Assembly (NCBI RefSeq): GCF_006345805.1
Contig: NC_043009.1
Span: 29,884,001 to 29,948,000 of the forward strand
Source: Octopus sinensis
Taxonomy: Eukaryota
DNA: 64,000 bases
Direction of reading: 5' to 3'
Part shown: piece after piece, positions 52,500 through 64,000 of the stretch
How the letters are laid out: every line of letters starts with the position of its first letter
How positions within the stretch are numbered: the first letter of the stretch is position 1
Notes under the pieces: model-generated
What the model saw: the letters and a program-made list of their open reading frames with translations, nothing else
What the model was told of the DNA's origin: nothing
Database searches by the model: none
Translations under genes and position numbers: made by a program

Positions 52500-53900
52500 A
52501 ACAGATGGATGGTTGGACCAGGAAAAAAAAGTTAAAAGAACCAGATATGTTGCTTTTGATATGGACTGAATTGGTATTGTAAAAAAACGTCTGAAAAATA
52601 AAAAGAAATCGTGGAATGTACAAAGTCAGTTATTAAAATACGTAAAACCATGTTATTCCATAAAGAGTTTAGCAGAGATTATAGAATGACAGACATAGAA
52701 AAATAAGACAGAAGAAAAATCAAAGTCATGTAAGTAGTTGAAGATGGATGAAGGATAAATTTGTAAATTTCTGCAAAAGTAAAAAACTTAGAAAGTAGGT
52801 ACCTGGCAAGAACAAGCTAATTAAAACCCCTGTAATGTTTGGTTGGCGTTCATATAGTTGTTTTTAGCTAAACTATTGTCCTGAAAACCTACAGCAGCAG
52901 CAACAGCAGCGGCAACAACAACAACATCAACTGCTACAACTACTATTACTACTAAAACTACTACTTATACTAAATCAATTGTGAGAAGTGATAAAGGTAG
53001 AGTGAGATAAAAGGAATGCTAGAATTCTTGGAGAGGTGCAACTGAGTCACAAGAATTTAGACTGTAGCACAAATTCAAATGTTTCCCCACGAGAATAGAA
53101 TGATAACAAGTTCATGACAGGACTTCAGAATATGAGGACGACGGTGGATAGGGGCAAAAATCAGCTCGTAGTGTATAAGTTCAATTGATTTTGGTGACAA
53201 GATATATTTAGATGACAGAACTGCAGTTTTCAGGAAAATAAATGAAACTAGAAGTGGTACAAAAGTACCTTCGACAAATATTCAAAGAATGACAGAGTTC
53301 ACATTAGAATATGCTTATTCAAGCACACATACTCACGGACATAGGATTTAGAACGAGAACCAAAGAAATATTGTTTGAATACGAATACAAGGGACATAAA
53401 CCATCACGAGAAATGGCACCAACAGATTTTTAAACGTAAAGAAGAAACTCTGCAAGTATGAAGATCTAGAAGCGTTGATAATCAGAACGTAAAAATTGAA
53501 TAATATACGACAGTGTGAGTTAATAAAACGAAACAAGTAAATGTTTTACAAAGACACACATATAAGACTTTCATTTATACAGAACAAAAAGTAAATAGAG
53601 CTAATTAGAACTCATAATGAACAAAGCTACAGCTCTCATTCCAAATACAGTGTGCTCATAAATATTGAAATCATAGCAGACTGCAAGGCCACCGTGTATC
53701 TATATTTGAGTATTTATATAAACACAGAGAGTTTGAAATATATGGCTTTAAAATGTGTCATATAAGAAGGAAAAGAGTACCACTCATTATAGGGACATTG
53801 CTGATAAAATCAAACAAGACTCTTGAAAAATATGCTCACATAACAGGAACTCCAAATGTATCAAACCTACTTTTGTTCTTATGACATCCTAAAAAAATAT
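52500..53900 (+). mobile_element. Highly decayed R4/Dong-like LINE 3' fragments
   Basis: Patchy similarity, in the same order, to the 10-14 kb element: GKNKLIK (NAKNKII), KLCKYEDLE (KPSKYKDLE), PLIIGTL (PIIVGAL). Confidence 0.5.
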
Positions 53901-54164
53901 AACGTCAACCTGAAAATATTAGAATCAAAGTCACATATACTACGAAAGAAAATGAACAAGAAACTTTCAACGAAGTCTGGATTTTCAGTATTTTGGCTCT
54001 TTTCCATGAAATATATGATTCCTATTTATAAATAAAACTCACGGTAAAACATCTTACTTGCTATTTTTTGAGGTCTCTGGGTGAGACTTGGGCAATCTCA
54101 TTTAAAACAAAATAACAGAAAGCATAACAAGAACGACGACAGCGGTAAGAAAACGAAGAAGTAG

Positions 54165-54455
54165 ATGAAGAAATAGAAGAAGAAGTAGAAGAAGAAGAAG
54201 AAGAAGAAGAAGAAGAAGAAGAAGAAGAAGAAGAAGAAGAAGAAGAAGAAGAAGAAGAAAGAAGAAGAAGAAGAAGAAGAAGAAGAAGAAGAAGAAGAAG
54301 AAGAAGAAGAAGAAGAAGAAGAAGAAAAGAAGAAGAAGAAGAAGAAGAGAAGAAGAAGAAGAAGAAGAAGAAGAAGAAGAAGAAGAAGAAGAAGAAGAGA
54401 AGAAGAAGAAGAAGAAGAAGAAGAAGAAGAAGAAGAAGAAGAAGAAGAAAAGAAG
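54165..54455. repeat. Long (GAA)n/(TTC)n tract
   Basis: About 95 GAA units with a few interruptions. Confidence 0.95.
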
Positions 54456-54819
54456 AATATTAATGTAATAATAAAACATTACAATGCATTATATATATAT
54501 ATAATTCGGCATGTATTTACTATAAGGTTACTTTTCGGCTCTTTGTATTTTCCGTCTGAAAAACTACTTTAGAGACATCGAAATAACAAATGGAATTTAA
54601 AATTCACTTTCTTAAAACTGTGATAGAAATACTTTCCTTCCATTTGCTTTTTTAAGCTCCTTAATTTCCTGATCTGGTATAAACTTCCATTTTACTTTTG
54701 CAGATCGTTTACACATAACAACTATGGTTTTAGTTTTGTTTTGCTCTTAAGAGAAGTCCGCTCACTGCCGCACACTCACATAGGCGAGTCTTTATATATA
54801 AGTAAGCATGTATGTATAT

Positions 54820-54855
<36 letters not shown>

Positions 54856-57330
54856 AGAGAGTGGTAGATGTATGTAGGGATATGTGTGGTTATGTATGTA
54901 GGGATATGTGTGTGTAAATACAATTCTTTCAGCTTCAAAATGTTTGTTTTGTTTTTATATGGCTCATAGTAAATGCATGTATTTAGTATGTATTTCGTGT
55001 GAAATTCAATCTGTTTGCTTCATAGCTGATAGTAAATGTGAAGAGATTGGCACCACTTTGTATATAATAAATAAAAATACATACAATCCTACACAGAGAC
55101 CCACAAACACACACAGACACACAGACACACACATACACACACACAGACATATATAGAATTTAGTAACAAAACTACTACGAAATGAACATTCGCATAGACA
55201 TACCTATGTATAACTCTGGTATGAATGATTTATAGGTTGTTTTCCTTCTATCTTTCCGTCACAATTGATCTTTGTTTGGGACGCTGAAGTGATTGAATAC
55301 AAATGTGTTTATTTATCTACAAACATTGTATAATAAGTATGACTGCGCAAGTCGATGTCCTAAAACAAAGACCATATTTAAATCAAGATTTCCGGTTAAA
55401 ATATAGGTGTGCATATTATTGTCAATCCTTTCTACTACAGGTGCATAACTTGTAATTTTTGTGAAGGGGAGGGCGGGGTTACTAGTCAATGATATCGACC
55501 TCAGTACGCAACTGTTATTTCTTTCATAACATCCATATTGGATGATAGGCATGGTTGGCGTTGGTACAATGATTAACTCTGTTTATGAATATATACATTC
55601 TTTACACATATTCAAACGTTTCCTGGGCCATGTTTCAGTAGAGGCCAAACAAGTGCGAACTACACACTGATTACATTTATACTCAAGAATAACTGTAAAG
55701 AGCCTAGAATACACAATTCGTCGCAATCCATGACGCCATAGAAATAGTTGCGATGAAATCAGAGTTATCAGATATATGTAACTGAATAACTATAGATTTT
55801 ATAACGCAATATGTGCGTTTGTGTGTGCGTGTGTGTGTGCGTGTGAGCATGTGTGTGTGTGTGTGTGTGTGTTTCAAATTTTGCTACTTATTTATGAACT
55901 CCGAAAGGGCGACAAATAAAGTCGACCGCTGCGGGATTTGAACTTTGAGCATAAAGACGGACGAATTGCCGTTAAGACATTGATATACACATACATTAGT
56001 AAATATTATTATATCCTGTAAAATTCTAAATTGACTTATTAAATATATTTACATGTTAAATGTTCTATATGTGTTGCAATAGGCTACAACAGCTGAAATG
56101 GCTAAAAGACATGTGTAAGGGTAACAGAAGAGAATATCAGGGCTCTTTCAAATATTCAATTGCTTCAATAATTCGTATGTAACTTTTATAGTAACAACCA
56201 AACTCATACAACTCTATAATCATGATACAACCAAGCAGGAGAGAATCATAACAATGTCAAATGTTAAAAGAATTCTCAATAATGTAATCATTACATCTTT
56301 CCGGATTACAATATGCTCATAAAATTATTTACCAACTAGCGGGACCTGTGAAAATTCCATGGAATTGAAAATATTAGGAGGACCTATTTGAGAAAAACAG
56401 GATGATCTGTATTTTTATAGCTTTCATATTTTGACTTCCTTTAAATATTCTTGGCGTTTGTCTACATTCGTTACCTCACGTCTCCGTTGATGTTGTCTTT
56501 TACCTATTTTTAATGTATTTTCTCATTGCTCCTCTCCGATCTGTGCTCTATATCTTCGCTTCCTTTCTCGGGCTCCTTGCAACCGTGTTTCTTGTGAATC
56601 TAGAGTTGAGGCTAAGTTAACCTTTATAAAGAAATATCAAGTTTTAAATCAGCCGACGATAAATAATTACACTTATGCATATGTGATGGTCGCTATAAAA
56701 ATTTAGTTCAATAACAAAAATTACTTTTCACTCTCAACACACAACCACCACCACCACCAACGCTATCTTCTCCTCTCTCAAACTCTTTCTCTATCTCTCT
56801 CTCTCTCTCTTTTGGAATATAACTGCTTCTTCTGTCCATCTCTCTCTACCTACCTTTCCTTTCAGCTAATTTCTAACTTCGAAATAATTACTCCTTCCCC
56901 ACTCCACCGCACATCGTTAACACTTCTCCTTCCCGCTATTTCTTTCGGCGTCTTTTTCTCTTGTTCTTCGTCTCAACACTCAACTAACCACGTGGCCATT
57001 TGGCCTAAGTGGTTTAATATTAACCACCTTTCTCTACTTGTTTCTCTCTTCTCTCTTCACTTCCCCTCTATCTCTCATTCTTACTTTACTTCTTATTCCA
57101 CATCTACCTCTCTATCTAACTAATGTATAACGAGCAATTAAACTCGCAGATTATGATATAGATATCTTTATACAATATATGATATAACGTAAGAATTGAT
57201 GAAACATATTGAAATAATTTCATACACATTCCTCAGTCAAATAGGTGGCGCTCAAGCATGGCCCTATTCAAATGACTGTAACAAGTAAAAAGAGTATAAA
57301 ATAGTATATATGTATGTGTACCTACGCGCA

Positions 57331-57363
<33 letters not shown>

Positions 57364-57370
57364 AATTATA

Positions 57371-57640
57371 AAAAGAAACATCTTTTCAAAATGAACAATT
57401 AAATTACACCATCTAGAAAATTACATATAATAGAAATATTAAAAAATAAAATAACAATAATATACCAATGATTAAGTAAATTGCAAAATAATAAAAAAAA
57501 CGTATATATTTATTAATATTTTACAATTTACTTAATCATTGGTATATTATTGTTATTTTATTTTTAATATTTCTATTATATGTAATTTTCTATATTGTGT
57601 AATTAATTGTTCATTTTGAATTGATAAAAGGTGTTCTTTT
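57371..57640. repeat. AT-rich inverted repeat (about 120-bp arms)
   Basis: About 57371-57490 is the reverse complement of about 57520-57640 (e.g. ATAACAATAATATACCAATGATTAAGTAAATTG / CAATTTACTTAATCATTGGTATATTATTGTTAT). Confidence 0.85.
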
Positions 57641-57649
57641 CATAGTGAA

Positions 57650-57990
57650 GGCGCATGGCTCAGTGGTTAGAGCGTCGAGCTTACGATCGTGAGGTTGTGA
57701 GCTCGAATCCCTGACCGGGCTGCGTGTTGTGTTCTTGAGCAAGGCACTTTATTTCACGTTGCTCCAGTTCACTCAGCTGTAGAAATGAGTTGCGACGTCA
57801 CTGGTGCCAAGCTGTATCGACCTTTGTCTTTCCCTTGGATAACACTGGTGGCGTGGAGAGGGGAGGCTGGTATGCATGGGTGACTGCTGGTCTTCCATAA
57901 ACAACCTTGCCCGGACTTGTGTCTAGGAGGGTAACTTTCTAGGTGCAATCCAATGGTCATTCATGACCGAAGGGGGTGTTTATCTTTTTT
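57650..57990 (+). mobile_element. tRNA-derived SINE, well-preserved head
   Basis: GGCGCATGGCTCAGTGGTTAGAGCG...GCTCGAATCCC (A and B boxes), then TTGAGCAAGGCACTTTATTTCACGTTGCTCCAG and a T-rich tail. Confidence 0.88.
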
Positions 57991-58081
57991 ATATATATAT
58001 ATTATATTTTGTGAAATATGATTTAGTTTTTCTGAATTGAATTTTTCCCTATAAGTTAGGAATAATATCCACTCAAATAAT

Positions 58082-58170
<89 letters not shown>

Positions 58171-58677
58171 TACCTATATATGAACACAGCACTTACACAC
58201 ACAATCACATGTGAATATATACAATTCTGTATATATGAATGTATATAAATAGCATTCATTAAAATATTGGAAATTAATGACAACATAAACAACAAAACAA
58301 AGACAAAATGCAATGTTAACCAAATCTTTTTGTTATTATATTTTCTAGAATTTAATAGATTGTTGCTGTCGTCGGTGGGAATGCAGTGCACCACCGAGTG
58401 GCCTGTTAAATATCTGCGATTAAGATCGTTAAGAAGAAAATACTCAATAACTTAAAAATATAAAAAAACAAGCTACCCGCATTTCCATAATGTTATTTTT
58501 TTTAATAATTCATAATAAAATTAAGATCAGATATAACGTACAACTTAATTGGTTCTATATTTTTCTGAAATATATTCATTAATTTACCTGGAATCTGGAG
58601 CAAAAGAAAATATATTAATTTATATGATACTAAGTACTCTTTTGTCCAACAGCTAGCATTAAATGGGTATATCAATA

Positions 58678-58766
<89 letters not shown>

Positions 58767-58807
58767 GTATGTATGTCTGTTTATTTCTCTATCTCTCTCT
58801 CTCTCTT

Positions 58808-58862
<55 letters not shown>

Positions 58863-58864
<2 letters not shown>

Positions 58865-59144
58865 AGGCGCAATGGTCCAGTGGTTAGGGCACCGGACTCG
58901 CGGTATCGATTCCCAGACCGGGCGTTGTGAGGGTTTATTGAGCGAAAACCCCTACAGCTCCACGATACTCCGGCAGTGGGGGTTATCCCTACTGTACTCT
59001 TTCAACACAACTTTCTCTCACTCTTTCTTCTGTTGGCCTGCTCGCTTAGCCAGCGGGGTGGTGTCACTGAAGGCTGAAGCAATGCGAAGCACATTGTGAC
59101 CAGCGATGTGTAGCAACATCTGATGGCCTGGTCGGTCACGTGAT

Positions 59145-59151
<7 letters not shown>
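58863..59151 (+). mobile_element. tRNA-derived SINE (GGAGGCGCAATGG family)
   Basis: Head GGAGGCGCAATGGTCCAGTGGTTAGGGC...TCGATTCCC; 3' end GGTCGGTCACGTGATCACGTGA. Confidence 0.8.
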
Positions 59152-59216
<65 letters not shown>

Positions 59217-59666
59217 TACATACATGTGTGTGTATGTGTGTGTTAATGCGTGTATGCATATCTGACAGTTAACTTGAGGACATATCTTCTACTGTAGGTG
59301 TGTAGTTACCAATATTTTTCAATGAAAAGCCATTATTGAATCGACATTTTGTGTTTGACAGAGTGTGGCCATATATGGTAATCGAAAAATTTAAAGTGCA
59401 TGTTCCAGCATGGTTTGGTTCATTGACAGAAACTAGTGAAATATGTAGATGCAAACGAACTCATATTTTTATAAAGAACGTAAGTCATCTCTAAGTTTTC
59501 CAGACATGTTTGCATAGTTTGTAATTTAAAGGAATGAATTTTAATGACGGTTTCTTAATCAGCTTTTTGTAACTAATGAGCTTTAAACCATCTCATCGTA
59601 CATTTTGAATACAAAAGCCGAGATTTTTCTACTGATAAAGCATTAAAGTAACAACCAATAATATAC

Positions 59667-59723
<57 letters not shown>

Positions 59724-61091
59724 GTAATAATAATAATAATAATAGCAATGTACCTTATTTTTCCTTTTGAATAACCGAATAAAAAAATAATATTGAGTAT
59801 CAAAATATCGAGCTAAATGGATTATTGTAATCACTACATTAAGAAATGGTTAGATAAACTTATATAAATACTTGTTTTTTTTTTCTTGTTCTTTTTTCTC
59901 TGTACGTAAAGTTACAGGTTTTCACTGCTACAAAACGTATCTGAGCAGATTGTTAGCATGTATTAAGTTTGAATACATCCAATTATCATTTGCCCGTTTT
60001 GCAAAAGAGAGGATGAAAACTGTATAGCAAACTTTCACACTTCTGTTCAGTAAATTATTATTCCATTGGTCAACGTCTACCTTGTGCATATTGTTCTTTT
60101 GAAGATTTATCCAATACCTTTCAATTATACAAAACGTCTTTGCATACAAACCATGAACCCTGGGACGTTTCCACTTGTACATGCTAGTGCTGGAGAGCCC
60201 AACCTGGTACCTGGGAGGTAAAATAAATGCGTGAAAAGTCATTTTGCTCTTGGACGTTATCGTCTAGTGGCCAGCACTCCACATTGGGACTATAGAAAGT
60301 CAAGTTCTAATCACGATTACGCCAGCGTCGCTCAAATTTTAGATGCTGCAGGCTCATGGTTCGATCTTGTTTCTTACTGTGATTCCTTGGGCAAGTGTAT
60401 TTACTATATCCCTAGGCATACCAAATACTTTTCAATAGATTTGGTCTGAAACAAGTGAACGGTAAACGATAAAAGAAATACAGGTGATGACAACCAAATG
60501 TAAAAACCCTTTATGAATATACTTAATTACTTTTCTACTTTTATCATTGATTACTACCCATTTTAAGTTAAATCTTTCTTGTTATTTGTAGATAACTATT
60601 GTACCTAATACACATTGAATGAACTGGTAGTTTTTCAATTGACAATTAAAAGATGATAAATAAAGTGTACTATTTCCCAGCTGTACCTGCGTGTGTTATG
60701 AGTGCCAACGTGAGCCCTCCAGGCCATTTATTTCATGGAATGTAAAGCAATGACTATTTAAAAAGTAGATTACTAATATCATTGGTATTTACATAGTTAA
60801 TTAGTTTTGACAATTTTTGATTATTTTTATATATACTTTGGTCTCTTCTAACAAGTAAAATTTATTCAATTTCTTTTAACAGATAACTGCATCTACCCCA
60901 ACTTCATTCGAAGTCTTTCTCACCTTCAACTTTATATCACTAAACTATTATATTTCAGCGATGGGGCACGCTACACGCACATATGAATGTATTTATTATT
61001 TATGTAAGTATATTTCTATCTATCGCCCTACACACACACACACATATATATATATATACATGCAGAGAGGAGAATAAACAACTTTTCGCAA

Positions 61092-61129
<38 letters not shown>

Positions 61130-61225
61130 CTGCGAATATGTTGTTTGTGTGTAATGTAGATATACCCGGTAGAAGACATCCAGAAATGTTTCGTAAAAAG
61201 GATAATAGAATAGCAAATGATAGAA

Positions 61226-61267
<42 letters not shown>

Positions 61268-62265
61268 CGGAAACAATAAATGAGATACCATACTGAGAGG
61301 AATATACTACATCATGTGACAACATTGTATGAACAACGATACAGCATGGAAACAGAAGACAAAAGAGGTAAGCAGTTTACTCTGGTTGTACATGTTTTAT
61401 ATCCTTTTGTAATATCATATTTATTATTTCATAGTTCCGTGTCAGTTTTGTATTAAGCGAGTTTTGGAGAAGTCATAGAAAACATGAATAATGTGGATTC
61501 GTTGTCGACTAGTGTGTATAGAGATCACATTCATCTACAAATATACAATATTATGTAAGAGTAAACATTTTGTTATGTCTCTCAATATACACATCCAGGT
61601 GTCGACTATTCTTTATGGAAGTTTGTGCTCAATGTATTTGAACGGCTAGATTACCCAGCTACACAGCACATACTACTTCTATGAGTCAACTGATTTCTAG
61701 AATCCAAACTTATGTCTACGTTAACTTAGTGAATAGGATGCTCATCTCTTATTCAAAGAAAAGTAGCAGTGAAACTGAAATAGAATAGTTTGAATCCTGC
61801 ATCACTAAAGAAAACGGAAGCACAGCTTTCTCTGGAATCTGTTTAAAATTCATTTATTTTGTGACTCAAAAGATCAATACATTTACATGAGAGATAATAC
61901 TTTAAGAACAAAGGAGAAATATATATCCATTGTTTCAAACAAAATGCATGCATGTATATTAGAAGAAAAATAATTAACATTAATTGCCAATGTTTGTAAG
62001 GGTCCCTAAATCTGCTTTTGCGCTTATCATCAATAATCAATAAAATCATCCTATCGATATATCTGGTTCGGTTCACTTGTATTTAATCCATTCTTACAAA
62101 ACTATTGATACCATAGAATTGAAAAATAATTAAGTAAATCTTATTACCTTAAATTTATTTAAATGTATTTCAGCCCACTCCAACATCCATGCATGCATGC
62201 ATCCATCCATGCATCCATCCATCCATCCATCCATCCATACATACATACATACATACATACATACA

Positions 62266-62296
<31 letters not shown>

Positions 62297-62840
62297 GTAT
62301 ATGTATGTGTGTGTGCATACATATATGTGTAAATATATATATATCGAGAGGTATACAGAGTACACACATACACACACACACACTCATACACACACTGACA
62401 CACACACTCATACACACACTGACACGCACACTCACACATACATCCTCGTAAAAAGACGCGCGAAGAAAAGTTAAGGAAAAGGATACATCAGGATGACGTT
62501 TGGAAATATAAGTAGGTGTCTTTTAATGTTTCGAGCTTACGCTCTTCTAGAGAAAGAATACAGTGGGGGCGGAGGAATGATCGCCATGCTGAAATGACTG
62601 GAAAAAAAAGCAATGGACTTGAAGTGTGGGTGCCATAGGAGACAACTATGAGTTGACATTTGAGTATGATATTCACATATAAATAAGTGCAGGCGTGGAT
62701 GTGTGGTAAGAAGTTTATTTCACAACCACATGATTTCCAGTTCAATCCCACTACATGGAATCTTACACAAGTGTCTTTTACGGGTGGACCAAAAGCATGT
62801 GAGTGAATCTGGTATTCGAAAACTGAAAGAAGCTGCTCAG

Positions 62841-62880
<40 letters not shown>

Positions 62881-63017
62881 TATATATATTATATAGAGGG
62901 CATTATTACACATAAATGCCGCGCGCTAGGAGGGACTTTTAAAGTTATAACTACCAAATACAAACAAATCGCACGGAATGCAATTCTCGAAGCGAGTCAT
63001 TTAAAAACAGAATTTAG

Positions 63018-63079
63018 CTCCAGATCACCTGTGATTTCGCAATTAACGCAGTATCAGCGTCCCTTACTCTTCAGTGAAG
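63018..63079 (-). ncRNA. Type I hammerhead ribozyme
   Basis: Minus strand: CUUCA-CUGAAGA-GUAA...UUGC-GAA-AUCAC(AG)GUGAU-C/UGGAG. Predicted cleavage at 63023/63022. Confidence 0.85.
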
Positions 63080-63495
63080 CGAACTCAAGATATTTCATGA
63101 ATGAAGAAAATCAACATACCAGATAGACAACCGTCGTCTCCATCGTAGCATATGGAACTGTTCACCCCTCATACATCTGTGTAAATGGCTCATAAGAGAA
63201 GAAATCTGTAAATATTTTTCACTTGAAAATATTTATTTATATTATATAGAGGGCATTATTACACATAAATGCCGAACGCTAGGAGGGACTTTTAAAGTCA
63301 TAACTACCAAATATAAACAAATCGCCATTTTCTAAATTTGTTCCGAAGAAGCATGTTGCTATCGAAATGCAATTCGAAAAAGCCCGACATTTACACAGAT
63401 GTATGAGGGGTGAACAGTTCCATATGCTACGATGGAGACGACGGTTGTCAATCTGGTATGTTGATTTTCTTCATTCATGATATATCTTGAGTTCC

Positions 63496-63557
63496 CTTCA
63501 CTGAAGAGCAAGGGACGCGGATACTGCTTTAATTGCGAAATCACAGGTGATCTGGAG
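63496..63557 (+). ncRNA. Type I hammerhead ribozyme
   Basis: CTTCA(63496-500)-CTGAAGA(63501-07)-GCAA...TTGC-GAA-ATCAC(AG)GTGAT-C/TGGAG. Predicted cleavage at 63552/63553 after AUC. Confidence 0.88.
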
Positions 63558-63833
63558 CTAAATTCTGTTTTTAAATGACTCGCTTCGAGAATTGCATTCG
63601 GTGCGATTTGTTTATATTTGGTAGTTATCACTTTAAAAGTCCCTTCCTAGCGTGCGGCATTTATGTGTAATAATGCCCCCTATATAATATAAATAAATAT
63701 TTTCAAATGAAAAAATTTACAGATTTTTTCTCTTATGAGGTTTTTCACGCTAACTACTTGATAATTCTTATTAAGATTTTATCCTATTTTATATACATTT
63801 ATATATATATACATTTATATATTATATATATAT

Positions 63834-63899
<66 letters not shown>

Positions 63900-63907
63900 T
63901 TTAACAA

Positions 63908-64000
63908 TTAAGGATAATCTCTTAATAAGGGATCTTAACAAGAAATTATCAGGCAGCTAGCGTGAAAACCTCATAAAAGAAAAGAATTCGAAAATAATTC
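63908..64000. mobile_element. Third arm of element D, truncated by the window edge
   Basis: AGGATAA...TTATCAGGCAGCTAGCGTGAAAACCTCATAAAAGAAAAGA is a diverged reverse complement of about 63722-63786. Confidence 0.7.

Larger units (their letters stand above)
62888..63739. mobile_element. Element D: partial tandem (353-bp period) plus inverted copy, hammerhead in each arm (PLE pseudo-LTR-like)
   Basis: Block A at 62888 repeats directly at 63241. 63388-63688 is the reverse complement of 62888-63187, and 63689-63739 is the reverse complement of about 63189-63240. Confidence 0.9.

Noticed and set aside
57650-57722. tRNA gene
   Set aside because: It has A/B boxes but no complete acceptor stem, and runs into a SINE body; called as a SINE head.
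59928-60242. 104-aa minus ORF with KWKRPRVHGLY, resembling R4/Dong RWQEKPLHGKY
   Set aside because: The similarity is too short to call without an alignment.
1378-63898. Dozens of YIYIY / CVCVC / HTHT / LSIY ORFs in the track
   Set aside because: These are (TA)n, (TG)n, (TATG)n and (GATA)n microsatellite translations with no coding evidence.

Overview
AT-rich, microsatellite-dense animal genomic DNA. The tRNA-derived SINE families suggest an octopus/cephalopod (inference). No complete host gene is visible, only weak minus-strand exon candidates. Most ORFs in the supplied track are translations of (TA)n, (CA)n, (CAT)n and similar repeats. Clear mobile elements are a near-full-length, frameshifted R4/Dong non-LTR retrotransposon (RT + CCHC + restriction-like endonuclease) in a (TAA)n tract, decayed R4/Dong pieces, a mariner HTH remnant, a mariner-type MITE, a Penelope-like (PLE) GIY-YIG remnant and many SINEs. 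The main finding is an unusual density of type I hammerhead ribozyme (HHR) motifs, found by manual folding. Four long, mutually unrelated palindromic elements (2231-2826, 3529-3996, 4188-4633, 62888-63739) each carry a hammerhead in both arms, always pointing outward. They have palindromic stem III and, in three cases, an extended stem II; one has a U3-A8 core covariant. Solo and decayed HHRs occur elsewhere, including at the 3' end of the PLE remnant and a candidate G3-C8 variant. This looks like a diverse family of non-autonomous, PLE-derived, two-ribozyme fold-back elements. Catalytic activity is predicted from structure only.
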